A stretch of DNA of 64,000 nucleotides from the human T2T-CHM13v2.0 reference genome, Homo sapiens (GCF_009914755.1 NC_060927.1); one strand, 5' to 3'; shown: positions 33,636 to 47,995, counted from the stretch's first letter. Notes: generated by a model from the sequence alone, not told the origin. A program made the numbers and translations.

Positions 33636-34877
33636 ACCACTATTCTCCAAAAGAAACTTTTAAAATTAAAAAAATAAACAAATAAATAAAAATTTAGTTT
33701 TGTAGGCATGTAATGCAAATTGTACACCAATAAACCAAAAGCATGAAGCCCCAAAACTTTTGTTAAAAACAGGGAAAATTCAAGTGACTTTAAACCTAAT
33801 TTAGGCATACGTGAGTGCATGTTACCAGATGTATTTTTATAAGAACATTTCAATGTTCATTTTCATGAGGAATGTGGATGACATGCAATTTTTAAAGCAC
33901 TAAGAGTTGTTTTTAATGCAGCCTAGCCTATAATTTTAGAGTCCCTTAGCACATTAGTTTCAAGTATCCATTGGGCAATTCCATGATCACAGACACAAAG
34001 TAGATGTAACTCAGAAGAAAATGAAAGCTAATAACTCCCTTGTCTGGTCCGTGGCTAAAATGCTCATATTTTCAACTTGAAAAGTATTTCATTTTGCCCA
34101 CATCATTTTGCGTAAAGATTTCAATAGGTCAAATATCTAGATTATATTGTTTTAACAGAAACACAATTTGATAATTTGAAATGTGTTATTAAGTATTGAT
34201 AGGAGAGGCCCCCAGGGTATATAAGAATTTAGAATGTTTAGCATCAATTACTTCTAAATAATTATATCTAATAAGATAGAAATAGCATTTGAAGTTATGA
34301 AAAATAGTTATTACCACATGCCAGTTACTTTCCTAGATTATAAATGTAGAAATCAACAAGATAAAATCATTTCCTGTATTTGTCATAAATATGAGAAAAA
34401 GCCATCTCAAATTCATTTAATATTATGACTTTTCCTTGAAATGACTTTTTTGATGAAGCAGAAGGAAATGTTACCTGATGACCCAATAAATATAATCATA
34501 AATTGTAATTATTTAATTCTGTGAGTGGCAGTATTTTCTCTTATTTATACAATCTTATTCTTTGTGTGTCTTAAAATCTAAAAAATTGTACTTAGCACTT
34601 AATTATTTTCTCTAGCTATAACACTAATACATAACCATCATGGAAAATTCCCACATATTCTCCCTCCACCGCTGAAGATTAGTATCAGATATTGATATAT
34701 TGCATTTCAGTTTCATATTTGTATACATGAGTATGTGCTCTCAAAGTTTGCTGCATGTATTCATTTATTCTTTTGTTTAGTTACTATAGTCAATGTGCAT
34801 GGATAACAATTCTGTTTCAGAGCAACGGAAGGCAGAAACCATAAACTCTGTATTCAGAGATTTTAAAAAAATGTCTA

Positions 34878-35900
34878 TTGATGGAGAGATCAGGAATCCA
34901 GATTTGGACATGCTAAGTTTGAGATGTGTATGAAACCCTCAAATGGAAATATGTTAAGCAGGGAGCCAGATATTGAGTTGTGCAGTTCAGAACAGAAGTC
35001 TTGTCCAGCTTTACTACATTTGGGAGTCAAAGGTATTTAAGACCATGCGGCCACATAAAGCAGAAAGACATCAGTGTGGCTGGAAAACAGAAGACACCAG
35101 GGATGAGCCCTGAAGCACTTCAATAATAAAAGCATGAAAAGAAAAGGAAGGGCCAGCAAATCTGACAGAGAAGAAGCAACTAGTGAGAGAGGAGAAAAAG
35201 AGAGTGAGTTTGGAAAACCAAGTAAAAAATTTTTTTCTAAATTGTACGACTAGAAGAGATAGTTTCAGCTTCGTTAAATAGTGCTGATAGACCAAGTGAG
35301 GCGACGAGTGGGAACAGACTGCTGGATTTAAAATGAGGAGGACAGTTTCTCTATCCACTTGTAGATGGATGGGCATTTGGTTTGGTTCCACATTTTTGCA
35401 ATTGTGAATTGTGCTGCTATACACATGCGTGTGCAAGTATCTTTTTCGTATAATGACTTCTTTTCCTCTGGGTAGATACCCAGTAGGGGGATTGCTGGAT
35501 CAAGTGGTAGTTCCACTTTTAGTTATTTAAGGAATCTCCAAACTGTTTTCCATAGTGATTGTACTAGTTTACATTCCCACCAGCAGTGTAGAAGTGTTCT
35601 CTGTTCACTGAATGCATGATGCACCAAAATCTCAAAATCACCACTAAAGAACTTACTCATATAGCAAAACACAACCTGTTCTCCAATAATCTATGGAAAT
35701 AAAAAAAAACTAATAAATATAAATAAATAAATACAATGGGGAGGACATTGTAATCTTGATAAAAGCAGCTTCTATGGAGTATTGGAAAAGAAAAACCAAC
35801 TGGAGTGGAATTAAGAAAAAAGGGGATAAGAACTGGAGAGTGTACAAGCAAGTCTTTCCTGGAGTTTTGAATGAGGAAACTAAAGAAATAAAAGCAAATG
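34878..35900 (-). mobile_element. L2 LINE interrupted by the L1PB insertion
   Basis: gatttggacatgctaagtttgagatg...tgagccctgaagcac...; resumes after 35747 with gcagcttctatggagt. Confidence 0.7.
35345..35734 (+). mobile_element. 5'-inverted (twin-primed) L1PB insertion: antisense ORF2 piece ~35345-35618, sense 3' tail ~35619-35734
   Basis: tgcaccaaaatctcaaaatcaccactaaagaactta is the L1PB tail; 13-bp TSD aatgaggaggaca (35332-35344) / aatggggaggaca (35735-35747). Confidence 0.85.
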
Positions 35901-36914
35901 GTGTGTCAGAAGGAGGTAAGAAATTGAGCCAAAATAATGATTTTTTTCTTTTAAAATGAGAAAAATAATATCTGGCCTAAATGCTAATTGAAATGATCCA
36001 AAGGGGAATAAAAACTTGATGATGTAAGAAAAGGGAGAGAACTGTGATGCCGATGAGAAGAAAGGAGAATGGGGCATCCTGTCATCAGTACATGAGGAGT
36101 TGAACTGTAATGATATGCAAGGGTGCAGAGCATGTGAGGGCAGGCAAGGATAGGTAGCTGGTCATGATTAGTGACAGCCTGAAATAATCCCTTAGATGTG
36201 AATCCACTAGAGATAGGATAGGATAGGTTCAGAAAGATCAAGGCTAATAATCATGAATTTAAAGTGAGAACAATCAAGGGGCTTGTTTTCTCCACTAAGG
36301 TTTAGCTGATTAAGTGCAAAATAAATGTAGGATAAATTTTGAATTTAGATAGTATTGGCTAGTTTATCAAGTGTGCAAGAAAGTAAAATGAAGATTTTTA
36401 ACACGAAGTCATAAGCCTCTTTCCTGTATTGTTGAATATCTTTAAACTTATTATTTTAAAGTTAATAAATAAATATGAACAAAATATATTGAAGTATTTT
36501 CCAATTGTTGGAATATTTGTTTTCACTCATTATATATAATATTTCAATAATTATTGAATTAAGAGCCAAAATTGAAAATCAATTGAAAAAAAATCAAAAA
36601 AATAATAAATTACAAAGAGCTTCCAAAAGAATAACTCTCTTAATTATGATCTATTGCTATATAGCAGTTCATTCTCAACATTCAGTTCGTTTAAGAAACA
36701 ACAGACGTTAATTTGTTTACACTGCTACAGTTTAGGAAGGACCTGTTGGATATAGTTTATTTTGTACATGAACGTGCATTAGCTAAAGTAACCTGGCTAA
36801 AAAAATTACTTCCATAATGGTGTCACTCACATGGCTGTTGGTGCTGGTTGCTGATTGTGAGTAAAGCCGGAGATATTTGAAAGATCAAAATATATCTTAG
36901 AAATCAATATTTCT

Positions 36915-37298
36915 TGTGGCACATATACTCCATGGAATACTATACAGCCATAGAAAAGAATGAATTTATGTCCTTTGCAGGGACATGGATGAAGCTGGAA
37001 ACCATCATTCTCAGCAAAATAACACAGAAACAGAAAACCAAACCCACATATTCTCCCTCATAGGTGGGAGATGAACAATAACACATGGACACAGGGAGGG
37101 GAACATCACACACTGGGGCCTGTCGGAGGGTGGGGGGCAAGGGGAGGTAGAGCATTAGGACAAATACCTAATGCATGGTGGGCTTAAAACCTAGATGACG
37201 GGTTAATGGGTGCAGCAAACCACCATGACACATGTATACCTATGCAACAAATCTGCACATGTATCCCAGAAATTAAAGAATAATAAAGAAAGAAAGAA
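36915..37298 (+). mobile_element. 5'-truncated L1PA (PA7/8-like) 3' end with (GAAA)n tail
   Basis: gtggcacatatac..catggaatac...; perfect 16-bp TSD agaaatcaatatttct at 36899-36914 and 37299-37314. Confidence 0.92.
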
Positions 37299-37542
37299 AG
37301 AAATCAATATTTCTATGATGGATATAAACTTAGATTAGATTGGGAGAATTTTTATATATTTCATTATTTTTCACCCAAATTTTGTTGAAACTTATGAATT
37401 AAACTTTTTTAATAATTAAGTTTTGCTTAAAGTTTTTTGAAATTACTTTTCTATTTCTTTTAAGTTTACATTGTTCTTTGGCCAATTGATGAAAAGTTTT
37501 ATTTAATTTAGTTTCATTCTACTTTGTTAATCTATAATTTTT

Positions 37543-38005
37543 TTGGCATTTATCAGTCTCAATTTTTGTATTTATTTATTTATTTTTTGAAATCAATAGG
37601 TACTTTCATGAGGGTATATGTGAAACATAGTCGGGACATTTTATAGACAATGAAACCAAAGCCCCCCAACAAAAGGTGGGCGAAGGATATGAACAGACAC
37701 TTCTCAAAAGAAGACATTTATGCAGCCCACAAACATGAAAAAATCTCATCATCACTGTTCTTTAGAGAAATGCAAATCAAAACCACGATGAGATACCATC
37801 TCATGCCAATCAGAATGGCGATCATTAAAAAGTTAGGAAACAACAGATGCTGGAGAGGATGTGGAGAAATAGGAATGCTTTTACACTGTTGGTGGGAGTG
37901 TAAATTATTTCAACTATTGTGGAAGACAGTGTGGTGATTCCTCAGGGATCTAGAACTAGAAATACAATTTGACCCAGCAATCCCATTACTGAGCATATAC
38001 CCAAA
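37543..38005 (-). mobile_element. L1PA insertion with inverted ORF2 segment (37661-38005) and non-L1 3' segment (37543-37660)
   Basis: 18-bp TSD tgttaatctataattttt at 37525-37542 and 38006-38023; [25 protein letters not shown]2 peptide on the + strand. Confidence 0.8.
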
Positions 38006-38431
38006 TGTTAATCTATAATTTTTAAATTTAAGTTTTAAATAATTTTTAATTATTAAAATGTTTAAAACTATGCTTGTGCCTCTGGATATATTTTTGGACA
38101 CACCTTAAATCACACCTAAGGTGTGTCCTAGTTGTTCACTTTTGCTATTAACTTCTATTTTGTTGATTTAAAAAATGAGAACTTTAAAATTTCTTCTTTG
38201 AGAAATACATTGAGGTTTTCTTTGTGACATAATCTAAATTCACTTTTTTTGATGAATTTTTAATGAACTCTTAAATAGTTCTTATTCTAAGTTTTAGGTT
38301 GTTAGGTTCAATACATGCCTTTAATTTAACCTAGTGATTCATCACTCAAGCATTTTCTTTTATGATATTATGCCAGTTACTTGATTGGCTACAGTTTTTA
38401 ATGTGTAACAAAAATATCATGCCAGATTTAT

Positions 38432-38852
38432 GACTGAGAACTGATGTATATAGCATTAAGGAAAAAAATGTTTATGACACTTGTTAAAGATGGTAAGGAA
38501 GAATCTAGGGGAATACAAGGGATTACTACAGTGGGGTTTTACAGTAGGGGAAACAAATTAGGCTCAATTCTGAATACCACATAGGGATTTACAGCTAAGA
38601 AGTAGGGTGAAAAGATTGGTGGATGGAAAATTACTAAGAGAGTAAGGTAATTCTCTGCTAAACTTACCTGCCAAGATTCTTGCTAAAGGTAATCAGACAT
38701 CATGAAGGGGATGGTAGAAAGGAGGAAATTGTCCAGATATTAAGGTTGATTAGACTCTACAAGAACTAAGACCAAAGCCCAAGTTTGAGCTACTTGAGTG
38801 GAGGGCTTAGGGGAACTTGACTGAAGTTTGGCCAGGTACAGTATCTTTGACA
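38432..38852 (-). mobile_element. MER31-family (ERV1) solo LTR
   Basis: Reverse complement begins tgtcaaaga...ccaaacttcagtcaagttcccctaagccctc; internal ggtggatggaaaattactaag motif. Confidence 0.7.
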
Positions 38853-40339
38853 ACAGCATCTCATTGGTAGAAATGTAATATTTTCAGTTAAAGTAATGTC
38901 CTGTCACTATACAATTAATTGTATTTGCCAAAATGTAATCTGAATAATTGATTCACTGTAAAGCCATACAAACAACCCATAAGGCCATTCTACGATTTCA
39001 ACCCAAAAGACCATTCTAAGATTTTCCTGTAAGTATAATGTTGACAAAGTATTAGCCTCTTACATTTAGAATCACTCTGTGATCTAATTCTAAATTATAT
39101 ATTAAGTTACTAGGTATTAAAAGTTATGTTGCTGAATCCAATTTATCTCTTCCTAATACTTAAAAAAATATTAAAATTTATAAAACCTAAAAAGAAGTTT
39201 CCATATTATTCACAGGATGTCTCTTCCTACACTCGCATCTTTAACAATGTAAGTCTTCCCATAAGAAAATGCATCTTATATATTCATGTTTTATGACCTC
39301 ATCAATTGTAATCATTTTATCCACCTGGATGAAGCATGTAAATAACTATATTAATCATGTTAACAGCATTGCAGTCTGAGGGTACTTACTGAAATCACAT
39401 ATCCTCGCTTTTGACTTTTCTTTTTTTGCAGAATTGATCTCATGATTTATTTTACACTGCTATCATATGTTTCATTGACATATATGATTTAATGCAGTTA
39501 ATATTTCAGCACAGCAATAATATTTCCTAAGGTTCTTATGGGTAAGTTAAAAAGTGTTCATGAGATCTCCATATGCAATGTAACAAACTTACAACAATAT
39601 TTGACTTTCATCATTTGCATACTAAGAAAATGACTTATAACTTATTTCTATGTAACAGAGTATTTTCTCTGTGAACTTCATTAACATGGGTATTTTTCCA
39701 TCTTCTTGATTTGGAATTACACTTCAAATCATCACATGGACAAATTCAGTGTGTAATATAAATAAATAATATATTTTTGCACACAAGGTTGACTAATAGC
39801 TAATTATTCTTACAGACAAGCCTCTGTAGTAGAATTTGTGAGGTTTGTAGGTGTATTATAATGCCATTCCAACAAATGTACCTCTGTAACAAGAGAATGA
39901 GCCTAGATTTTAGAGATGGTTTGCTGGGGTTCCAGAACTATTTGAAAAGTATAGGATACTTTGATTTTTTTTCTATGAAATATGTTCATATTTCAAGTTT
40001 ACTATTACACTTTTATTCATAATTTTACTTCTCTTTTATTCTGACTCTAAATATAATTTTCATCTTCAATCTTGAGCAGAAAATTTTTTCCTCAAAAAGT
40101 AACTAAGTACTATATCAGAGTGAATTGTCTGTATTGCCATCTATAGGAAAATAATGCACTACAGTTAATTTCCCTAAGTAAATAAGTCATATAGAAAATA
40201 TACATTTTATAAAATCCATATGGAATATTTTAATGTTATCCTTACATTCCTTTCAAAAGTATCTACACATCTTGAAGGAGAATAAACACATGCACACACA
40301 TACACACACACGCAGTGTCTCAGCAAATATATGTCAGTA

Positions 40340-40566
40340 TGTACAGTGTTATGAACTAGACCTGTGATATTAGATCTCGAATAAAATTCTGTGTTCTCCA
40401 TTTACTACCTGTTCATCCTTTTGTAAGCTACTCAGTCTAAGTTTTGAAATTCTTATCTGTAAAATGAGATTTTACTTAGGACTGTTGTGAAGATTTAGAG
40501 TGATCATGTACCTAAAGGGTAGTATATTCCTGGTACATATTAAGCACTGACCATATGTTGACTACT
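40340..40566 (+). mobile_element. MIR SINE
   Basis: tcttatctgtaaaatgag...ttgtgaagatt...cctggtacatattaagcact. Confidence 0.7.
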
Positions 40567-42285
40567 ATCTTTTTTGTGGTATCTTTTTCGTATCAATATA
40601 ATTTTAAATGACAGATAATAATATGCATAAATGTATGTATGTCTGTTAAAAAGCAGTTTAAGCTGGCATATGATGGATTTCACAAGGAAATCTATACAGG
40701 CTCAAAGACTCAGAAGGAAGAAAGAATATTTAATTAATGTTTTTTGAAAAGATTCCATGAATGAATAACACCCTTCCCAGTCACTGACACAGATATCTAT
40801 AACATGTTATTAATTTACAAGTTTTTATTTTTTATTGCTATAAATTATGTAAACAATTGTCTGGATGACACAGATGCATTATTATTCAACAATAATAGAA
40901 TTAGTACATGTTTTTGAATAAAAAACAGATCTAATTAATGTATATGAAGTTGATAATTTATTCTTTATTAGATTTGAGTTCTTCTAGTGTGTTTGAGAAG
41001 CAAAGTACAATTGTTTTTAAAAGTCGCAGGTTAAAAAGTATGTGAAATACTTTTCAGAAAATATTTCAATTGGTTGCTGCACAGATAATAACCTACAGCA
41101 TGTGGTCGTGAATTAAATGCAAAATAACATCAGGAGCCCTGCTTCAAGAAATAATTAGGCTTTCTGCAGAGTCATTCAGTAAAATTACATTATTGTGTTC
41201 AACTGAGAGGAGCTGTGTAGAATTGTATTTGTAAAATATAATTGCAGGGACAGCTGGCCTGAAAAAAGAAGAATCTTAATAATATATGTTGCTGAGATGG
41301 TTGTTTACTCCCCATTATGAAAGTGGTTGATAAGAAGAACAGTTACTGTTGCATGGGAAAGAGAAATTAATTCAGGAAAATAATGATGCAGCTTCTCATG
41401 TCATTTAACTGAATTTTAAAGTGAAATGTATTGTTAGGCATGCAAGCAGCATGCCTGGAGAATTTGTGCTCCTTGCTCCTACTCCCAAAGCCTCAAATCT
41501 GCTATGTGGCCTTTCCCAGTTGGCTTCTTTTATTTTCTTAACTTCTCCCTTGTAATGTAAACATGGGAAAGAGAAAGTGGTAGAAGAACAAAGAATAAGC
41601 ATACAAAGTAGCTCCACTCCTTCTGCATAGAGCTTTAATAAGGAAATGGTGCCACACTGAGACTATATGAATAGATTGATAATAGTGTGTTCATTTAAAC
41701 CAAATAAGGAACCACTATATATTGTGCCACTTTAAAGTTAATTTCTCTTTTACTTAAAGGTCTTCTGGATTTTTTTCCACTCTTTGTCAAATAGTACAAT
41801 TAGTTGTATCAACATAACCTTTCAATGGTGTTATAAACTCACATGTGCTAAAATAAATGTCTTAACACCCTCATGATCATGACTTATACAGATTATCACA
41901 CAAAATATGGGTGCTAGTATTTCATATACAATTCAGTCATGTAAATTAAACATAAATCAAGGGAAGACAAGGAAAAATGTTTAGCTGATTATTAACTCTG
42001 GAAAGAACCACATTTTAATGTTGAATGATTATTTAAATGCAGGTTAGTTTTTAAGTGGCTTTTCATTATTCAAATGAATATTAAGTAAATATTTGTTATA
42101 ATCATCCCGCAAAACAAAAACATTGATAAATGAATATATTTATCATTTCCTGGAAACTGTAAGTTTCTATTTTTAGACAATGTCAGAATAATGTTCTCTT
42201 TAAAATTATTGGGATGACCTGTATTTTCATTTGTAAAAGCAAAGTTTGTAATTTACAGGCAAAATATCTGAAGGCCAAGTTTTAC

Positions 42286-42538
42286 TTATTCAACAAATAT
42301 ATATTAAGGCTACTATGTGCCAGTCACTATTCTATACAGTAAACAAAATAGAGAAACTACTTTCAGGGAAGGGATATGCAAAAGTGAAGGTGGACATTAC
42401 TCATTTAATGTCATGTCAATAGTAATAAATACAGTGAAGAGACAAAAAGCGGAGTAAGGGTATCAATGAAGGATGTGCTATTTTAAGTCGGTTAGTCAGG
42501 GAAGGCCTTTCTGAGGCGGTGACATTTGAGCAGAGTCC
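42286..42538 (-). mobile_element. L2 3' end
   Basis: attcaacaaatat...ctactatgtgccag...gtcagggaaggcctttctgaggcggtgacatttgagcagag. Confidence 0.75.
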
Positions 42539-42544
42539 AGTCTC

Positions 42545-42545
42545 T

Positions 42546-42580
<35 letters not shown>
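42545..42580. repeat. (TTTA)n tetranucleotide repeat
   Basis: About 9 copies visible. Confidence 0.9.
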
Positions 42581-42804
42581 CTTATTGAGAATCCTTTAAT
42601 ATTTTTATCATTCTGAAATTGAGGACAAACAACACTACTTGAAAACTGTAGGATATAATTGAAGCAATCCTGTTCTATTTATCACAGGAAACCAAATCAG
42701 GTCTCTCAGCTATGCACAGCTGAGGTTGACAGAAATGCTTTTATTGGCTTCATTTGTGAAGAAAACATGGATTTAAGTAAATCAGTAGGCGATATTTAGA
42801 GCCG

Positions 42805-43288
42805 TTTTTAATTTGTAGTATCTCATGGTCTTATGGGTCAAGAATTGAGCCAGAGCTTGGCTTCCTATTTTGTTACACATGGTTTTGACTAAGGCCATTC
42901 TGATATTCAGCAGCGCATAGGTTGGTGTAAGGGTCCAAGGCGGCTTCTCTCACACATTGAGTCCTTGGTGGGGAAGACTGAGAGACCAAGTTTGGCCAGG
43001 GGTTGTCAATCAGGGCGCTTATATGTGCAGCTCCAGTGCAGCAGTCTTCCGGTCATCAGAATTCTAACGTGGTTGTTCAGGGATGCCAGAGGGAGTACTC
43101 CTAGAGAAGAAACATGGACGCTCCCAGTCTCTTAAGGCACAGCCCTAACATCTGTCACAACATCATTTTGGCTTATGTTATTGAGTAAAGCAGTCACGGA
43201 GCTCACCCAGATGAAGAAGGGTGACATGGACTCCTTGTTTTCATGGAAGTAAAGGCAAAGAGATGGTGACCATCTTTAATTGGCCATA
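42805..43288 (-). mobile_element. Old MLT1 (G/H-like) MaLR LTR
   Basis: atctcatggtcttatgggtcaagaatt...aaagcagtcac...gccc-like cccagat...gaccatctttaat. Confidence 0.65.
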
Positions 43289-43620
43289 CTATTCATATAA
43301 AAACTTACAAAACGTATTGAAATACAGTGACCAGAAAGCGAATTTGCCTAAGGTTCTTGGATGGTTCTATAGACTCTGTTACGTGTGTGTGTTTGTGTGC
43401 ATAGTAAACCTAAAATTATATAGCTATCAATAGAATATGTCATTTCTCCAATTTTGTACTGTAGAACTCATAAATTAAAATCCAGCCAGAGAAACTTGTT
43501 TATTTGCATGTTCTAGGTGATAACCCAAGTCCAAAATGCAGGAAAAGCTAATTCACTGTTGGTATTTGTCTTATAGAAAGGATTTCATTCGATGGCTTAT
43601 TTTTATGTCAATATTTATTT

Positions 43621-43845
43621 TATACAACATAGTGGCTATAATTAATAGCTTACAGTTAATATGTTATAGTCTTAAAAATTGCTAAGAGAATGTATTTTAA
43701 ATGTTCTTACCACAAAACAATAAGTATGTGAGGTAATACATATGTTAATTAGCTCGATTTTGGCCATTCCACAATTTATCCATTATTCCAAACATCATGT
43801 TGTACAAAATAAATACATACAACTTTTGGTTGTCTATTTAAAAAG
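43621..43845 (+). mobile_element. L1MA 3' end
   Basis: aaattgctaagaga...tgttcttaccacaaa...taagtatgtgaggtaat...gccattccacaat. Confidence 0.8.
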
Positions 43846-45364
43846 TATATTTATTTTAGCATCTTTTAATTCTTACATAAAGGGTATAACAGCAACTAAC
43901 TACAACATAATGATCTCCTGTATGTTTAAATTCCCACTGAAAACCATTAAAACAGGTATTTGTGCAATGCCAACATTATGATGGAGATTGTTTCACCTGT
44001 CCCTATTTAACTCAAAGGCAATTTTGTGTCTCCTTGAGAATAAATTTTGAAAGCTCTGTGCTGTCAATCCAATCATTATGGCCTCTGCTTCTGATGTTTC
44101 CTTTGGCAGGTACCTTTAAGTTACAAGTGAAATATTCACCCAATCAGTTTCAGCCACAGTAGCAACAAACTCATTCTAGCATTCTCCTTAACTGTGGTTA
44201 TTCATTTACTAGATCAACTTTGAAATGACAGATAATATCATTTAGAATAATTCCTACAGCCATGAAAATTCTTAATTTGGGAAACTATAAGAACTTTTAA
44301 TTTGGTATCTAATAGTAGCTCTGAGGTATTATTTTAAGATAATTTTATTTTTTATGAAAAATGCTGTCTATGATATTTAAATTGCCGATATTTTACTATG
44401 ACACTTTAAATGAGAACATGTAAAATTCTAGGAATGGCATTGCATCCATTGTAGCAGTTTGTTTGAATTATCCAAATTTCTGGTCTGTGTGGACAGCAAG
44501 GAACTATACATTCCAGAATTCACTTGACTTTTAACAGGAATTCTTCTTTCTGTTTATGCCAGTTTGAGGATAGCTATGTGCAACTGGATACTTACTTTTC
44601 TTTTCTTTTACCTATGTCTCCCAGACACTAGGTACGACTATGCCCTATATTAATTAGATAAGATTTCTCAATACCTAAATTCTAATTATTCTTAACATCT
44701 GCATGAGTTAGAAAACAAAAATTCTTCTTGCAGTTTTGCTCATTAAACAAATGGAAGCTACTCAGAAATTGCCAAGTGGAAATAAATTAAGAAGAAAACT
44801 ACTTTCCACTCACCTTGTGCTGATCTTATGAAATAGTCTCATTCACTCTTTAAATATGTCTCTAAAGTTTGACCTTGGCCAGAAAGTTATGAGGACAGAA
44901 TTACAGTCTCTTCTCTTTGAAATGGGTGGTTCTGCTGGGCAATTTTCCTTTTGGCATTCACAGTCTCAAATTAGTTGTGCACTTAATTAATAGCTACTTT
45001 AGTTCCTTTTTTGAAAGTGTAATAAAAATTATATGCCAACATTTAAATGTCTATCCATATAATCACCCAGAAATGGTTTGATATTGCTGTTGTGGGAATA
45101 TCTGGGTCTAGATATTTGGGGATATCTGAAAGTTTAATTTTTTTTCTTCTTTCGAATGCTTTATTTTCTTTGCCTTTAGCATTATAGAAGCCTAACTATA
45201 AACTACTTAATAACAAATAATGTTTGTAGGAAGCACTCATACCACTGAGCAATTCACAGGCAACACTTACAGCACTGAATATTCACTTAAATTTATTAAT
45301 TTTATTTTCTAGAAACCAGGTGTCCTTTTCATAGCTGTGGACTCATGAGCTTTAAAAAATAAGA

Positions 45365-45600
45365 ACTAATGCTTCCTGAGCACTAATTCAAATCCAAGTG
45401 TTTCTCTAGCGCTTCTTTGTATATTGGGTTATTTAATCCTCATTACATTTCTACAAAAAAAGATACTGGTTTTGAAGGAGAGAGAATCATACCCATTTCT
45501 ACATGGACATTCTGTCCCAGAGAAGATCACAAAGCTTTTATATGGCAGAATCAGGATTTGAAGTCAGCCTGTTTGTTTTGCCTGTTTTTTAACCGCTATA
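45365..45600 (-). mobile_element. MIR SINE (degenerate)
   Basis: atttaatcctca...ggcagaatcaggatttgaa. Confidence 0.55.
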
Positions 45601-46825
45601 TTGTTTTTGCTCTCTATATAAATTTAGGAAATTATTTGTAAAGACTCAGTGGCCTTAAGATAAGTCATGGCAGAACCTATATATTCAAAATTGCTTGGTG
45701 TGAGTCATTTGGAGTTTTCAAGTGTTCAGGCCTATGAACTCACCACCTCAGACCATGTAGAAATATCTGATTCTAACATTTTTTAGCAATTGACACATCC
45801 CTTGATCACTTTTTATATACAACTTATGATTACCACTTGGAGATACAAATATATATACATATATATACAAATGTTTGGGGGTAATATTGTCACTATTATT
45901 ACATTTTAAAACATAATTTTTCTTCTAATTTTACCTTATTCTTAGGAGTGTCTAGAAAGACATAATGAGACAAATTACATTTTGGGATTTATTTTTTTTC
46001 TAAAGTAATGTTCTACTTTTGGTGACCTCAAGTAGATATCTCAGAAAGTGAGAGAGAGGGACATATTTAAAAGGCAGAAGCATTCATGTATTTTGATACA
46101 CTGCCTAAGAAAAGTGAAAGTATAATGTTAAAACAGTAATTGTTTCTCTTATACATACAACTAGTCATAGTCTTTAAGTAAATTTTTACTTCGTGGATGT
46201 ATCAAATATATATTCTTAGATATAATTGACACTATAATTTCAGAAGAGCTGTTTATCAGGTTCAACAAAATTCACATTCTTGAATTTTTATAATGATTTA
46301 AAAAATTATTCAGTTTTGAGAAAAGTTTTAAAATAACAAGTCTCTATAGACCATGGAAATACTTCTCAAAGAAAATAAAATAGAAATATTAAGATAAAAT
46401 ATTTCAGGATAGCTATTTGTTGTGACTTGGTAAGACAGAGCCTTTCTTGTGGAATTAAAAATTTAACACATCAACCAAATATGTTTGCTAACTTATAGTG
46501 TGTGGGAAATAACTCACATATTTTATTTAAATCACTATTATGCTGTATGATTTTTTTCTGCTCTGACTATTCAAGGCTTACTCTCATTAAAGTATAAATT
46601 CAAAAAATTTTATTTGAAAAACATTACTACTAGATCTCATAATATGTTTTCCTTATGATCTCCTCAGAAGTGAAGCATTTTTTCCAGATATTGTTTAGCT
46701 TTAGCGTTTGGCCAGTGAATCAATAAATATAAACGTTATAATCTATATGGATAGATTTGGTGCTAGGTATGGAAGTAAAAGAGCAAGAATTTTTGAGTCA
46801 TTATGTTGGCTGTGCCTTGTGACAA

Positions 46826-46938
46826 CGTTCCCTGAGGCTAAGACCATATGTTTTTCATCTTGAGTCTAGCACAATTTCTGACACATAGTAGGCAGTTAAA
46901 AAATATTTGCTGAATGAAAAATGACTGAATGGCTGAAT
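46826..46938 (+). mobile_element. L2 3' end
   Basis: tctagcacaatttctgacacatagtaggcag...aatatttgctgaatgaa. Confidence 0.7.
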
Positions 46939-47290
46939 GTACTTAACTGTTCCAGTTTAGCATTTAGAAGTTATTTTTAAAACTGTTAGAGTGACGAATA
47001 TACTCATCGAATATGGCAGCAAATATTTTCCTTTCACAAATATCCAAGGATTTTTTGGTAGGTATGTCAGTTTCCCATTGTGCCAAAAGCTCTAGTAATT
47101 TTTATTTTATGTTATTTTTTTTAATGTAAGTACACCTTAGAAGTCTTTGGTTAAATTGCAAAAGACTTAAGTTTGCATTTTCAGTTTTTCTCTTTGTAAA
47201 AATGTTAATTTTCGTGTTGAATTTTCCTTTTGATAAAGTATCATTAATAGTTTTTATATTGTATGCCTATGATTATAAGCAGTTTTTCTT

Positions 47291-47654
<364 letters not shown>

Positions 47655-47995
47655 TAGCAATTTTGAAAATTGTGCATAAACCTCACAACAATCCTAAGAT
47701 ATAGGTATTATGGTTATCATTCCTATTTAATTAGGTCTGGAGATGTTAAAAGAGTTTGTCCCAGTTCATTCAACTAATAGCGGGGCCAAACATGACAGAT
47801 CCTAACTTGTTGCCTTTATTACGGTCTTTGGCAAAGCTACTTTTTGTTGGCATTGTAGTGTGTGTACCACATTCGTTTCTCACTGTGTGTCTGTGTGTGT
47901 GTATATTTTTCTAATATATATCAGACTATTTAGAGTCCTTACCTCAGCATGTTAAGTTCTTCAACTAAGTCTAGAATCAAAAGTGCATGGCTAAG

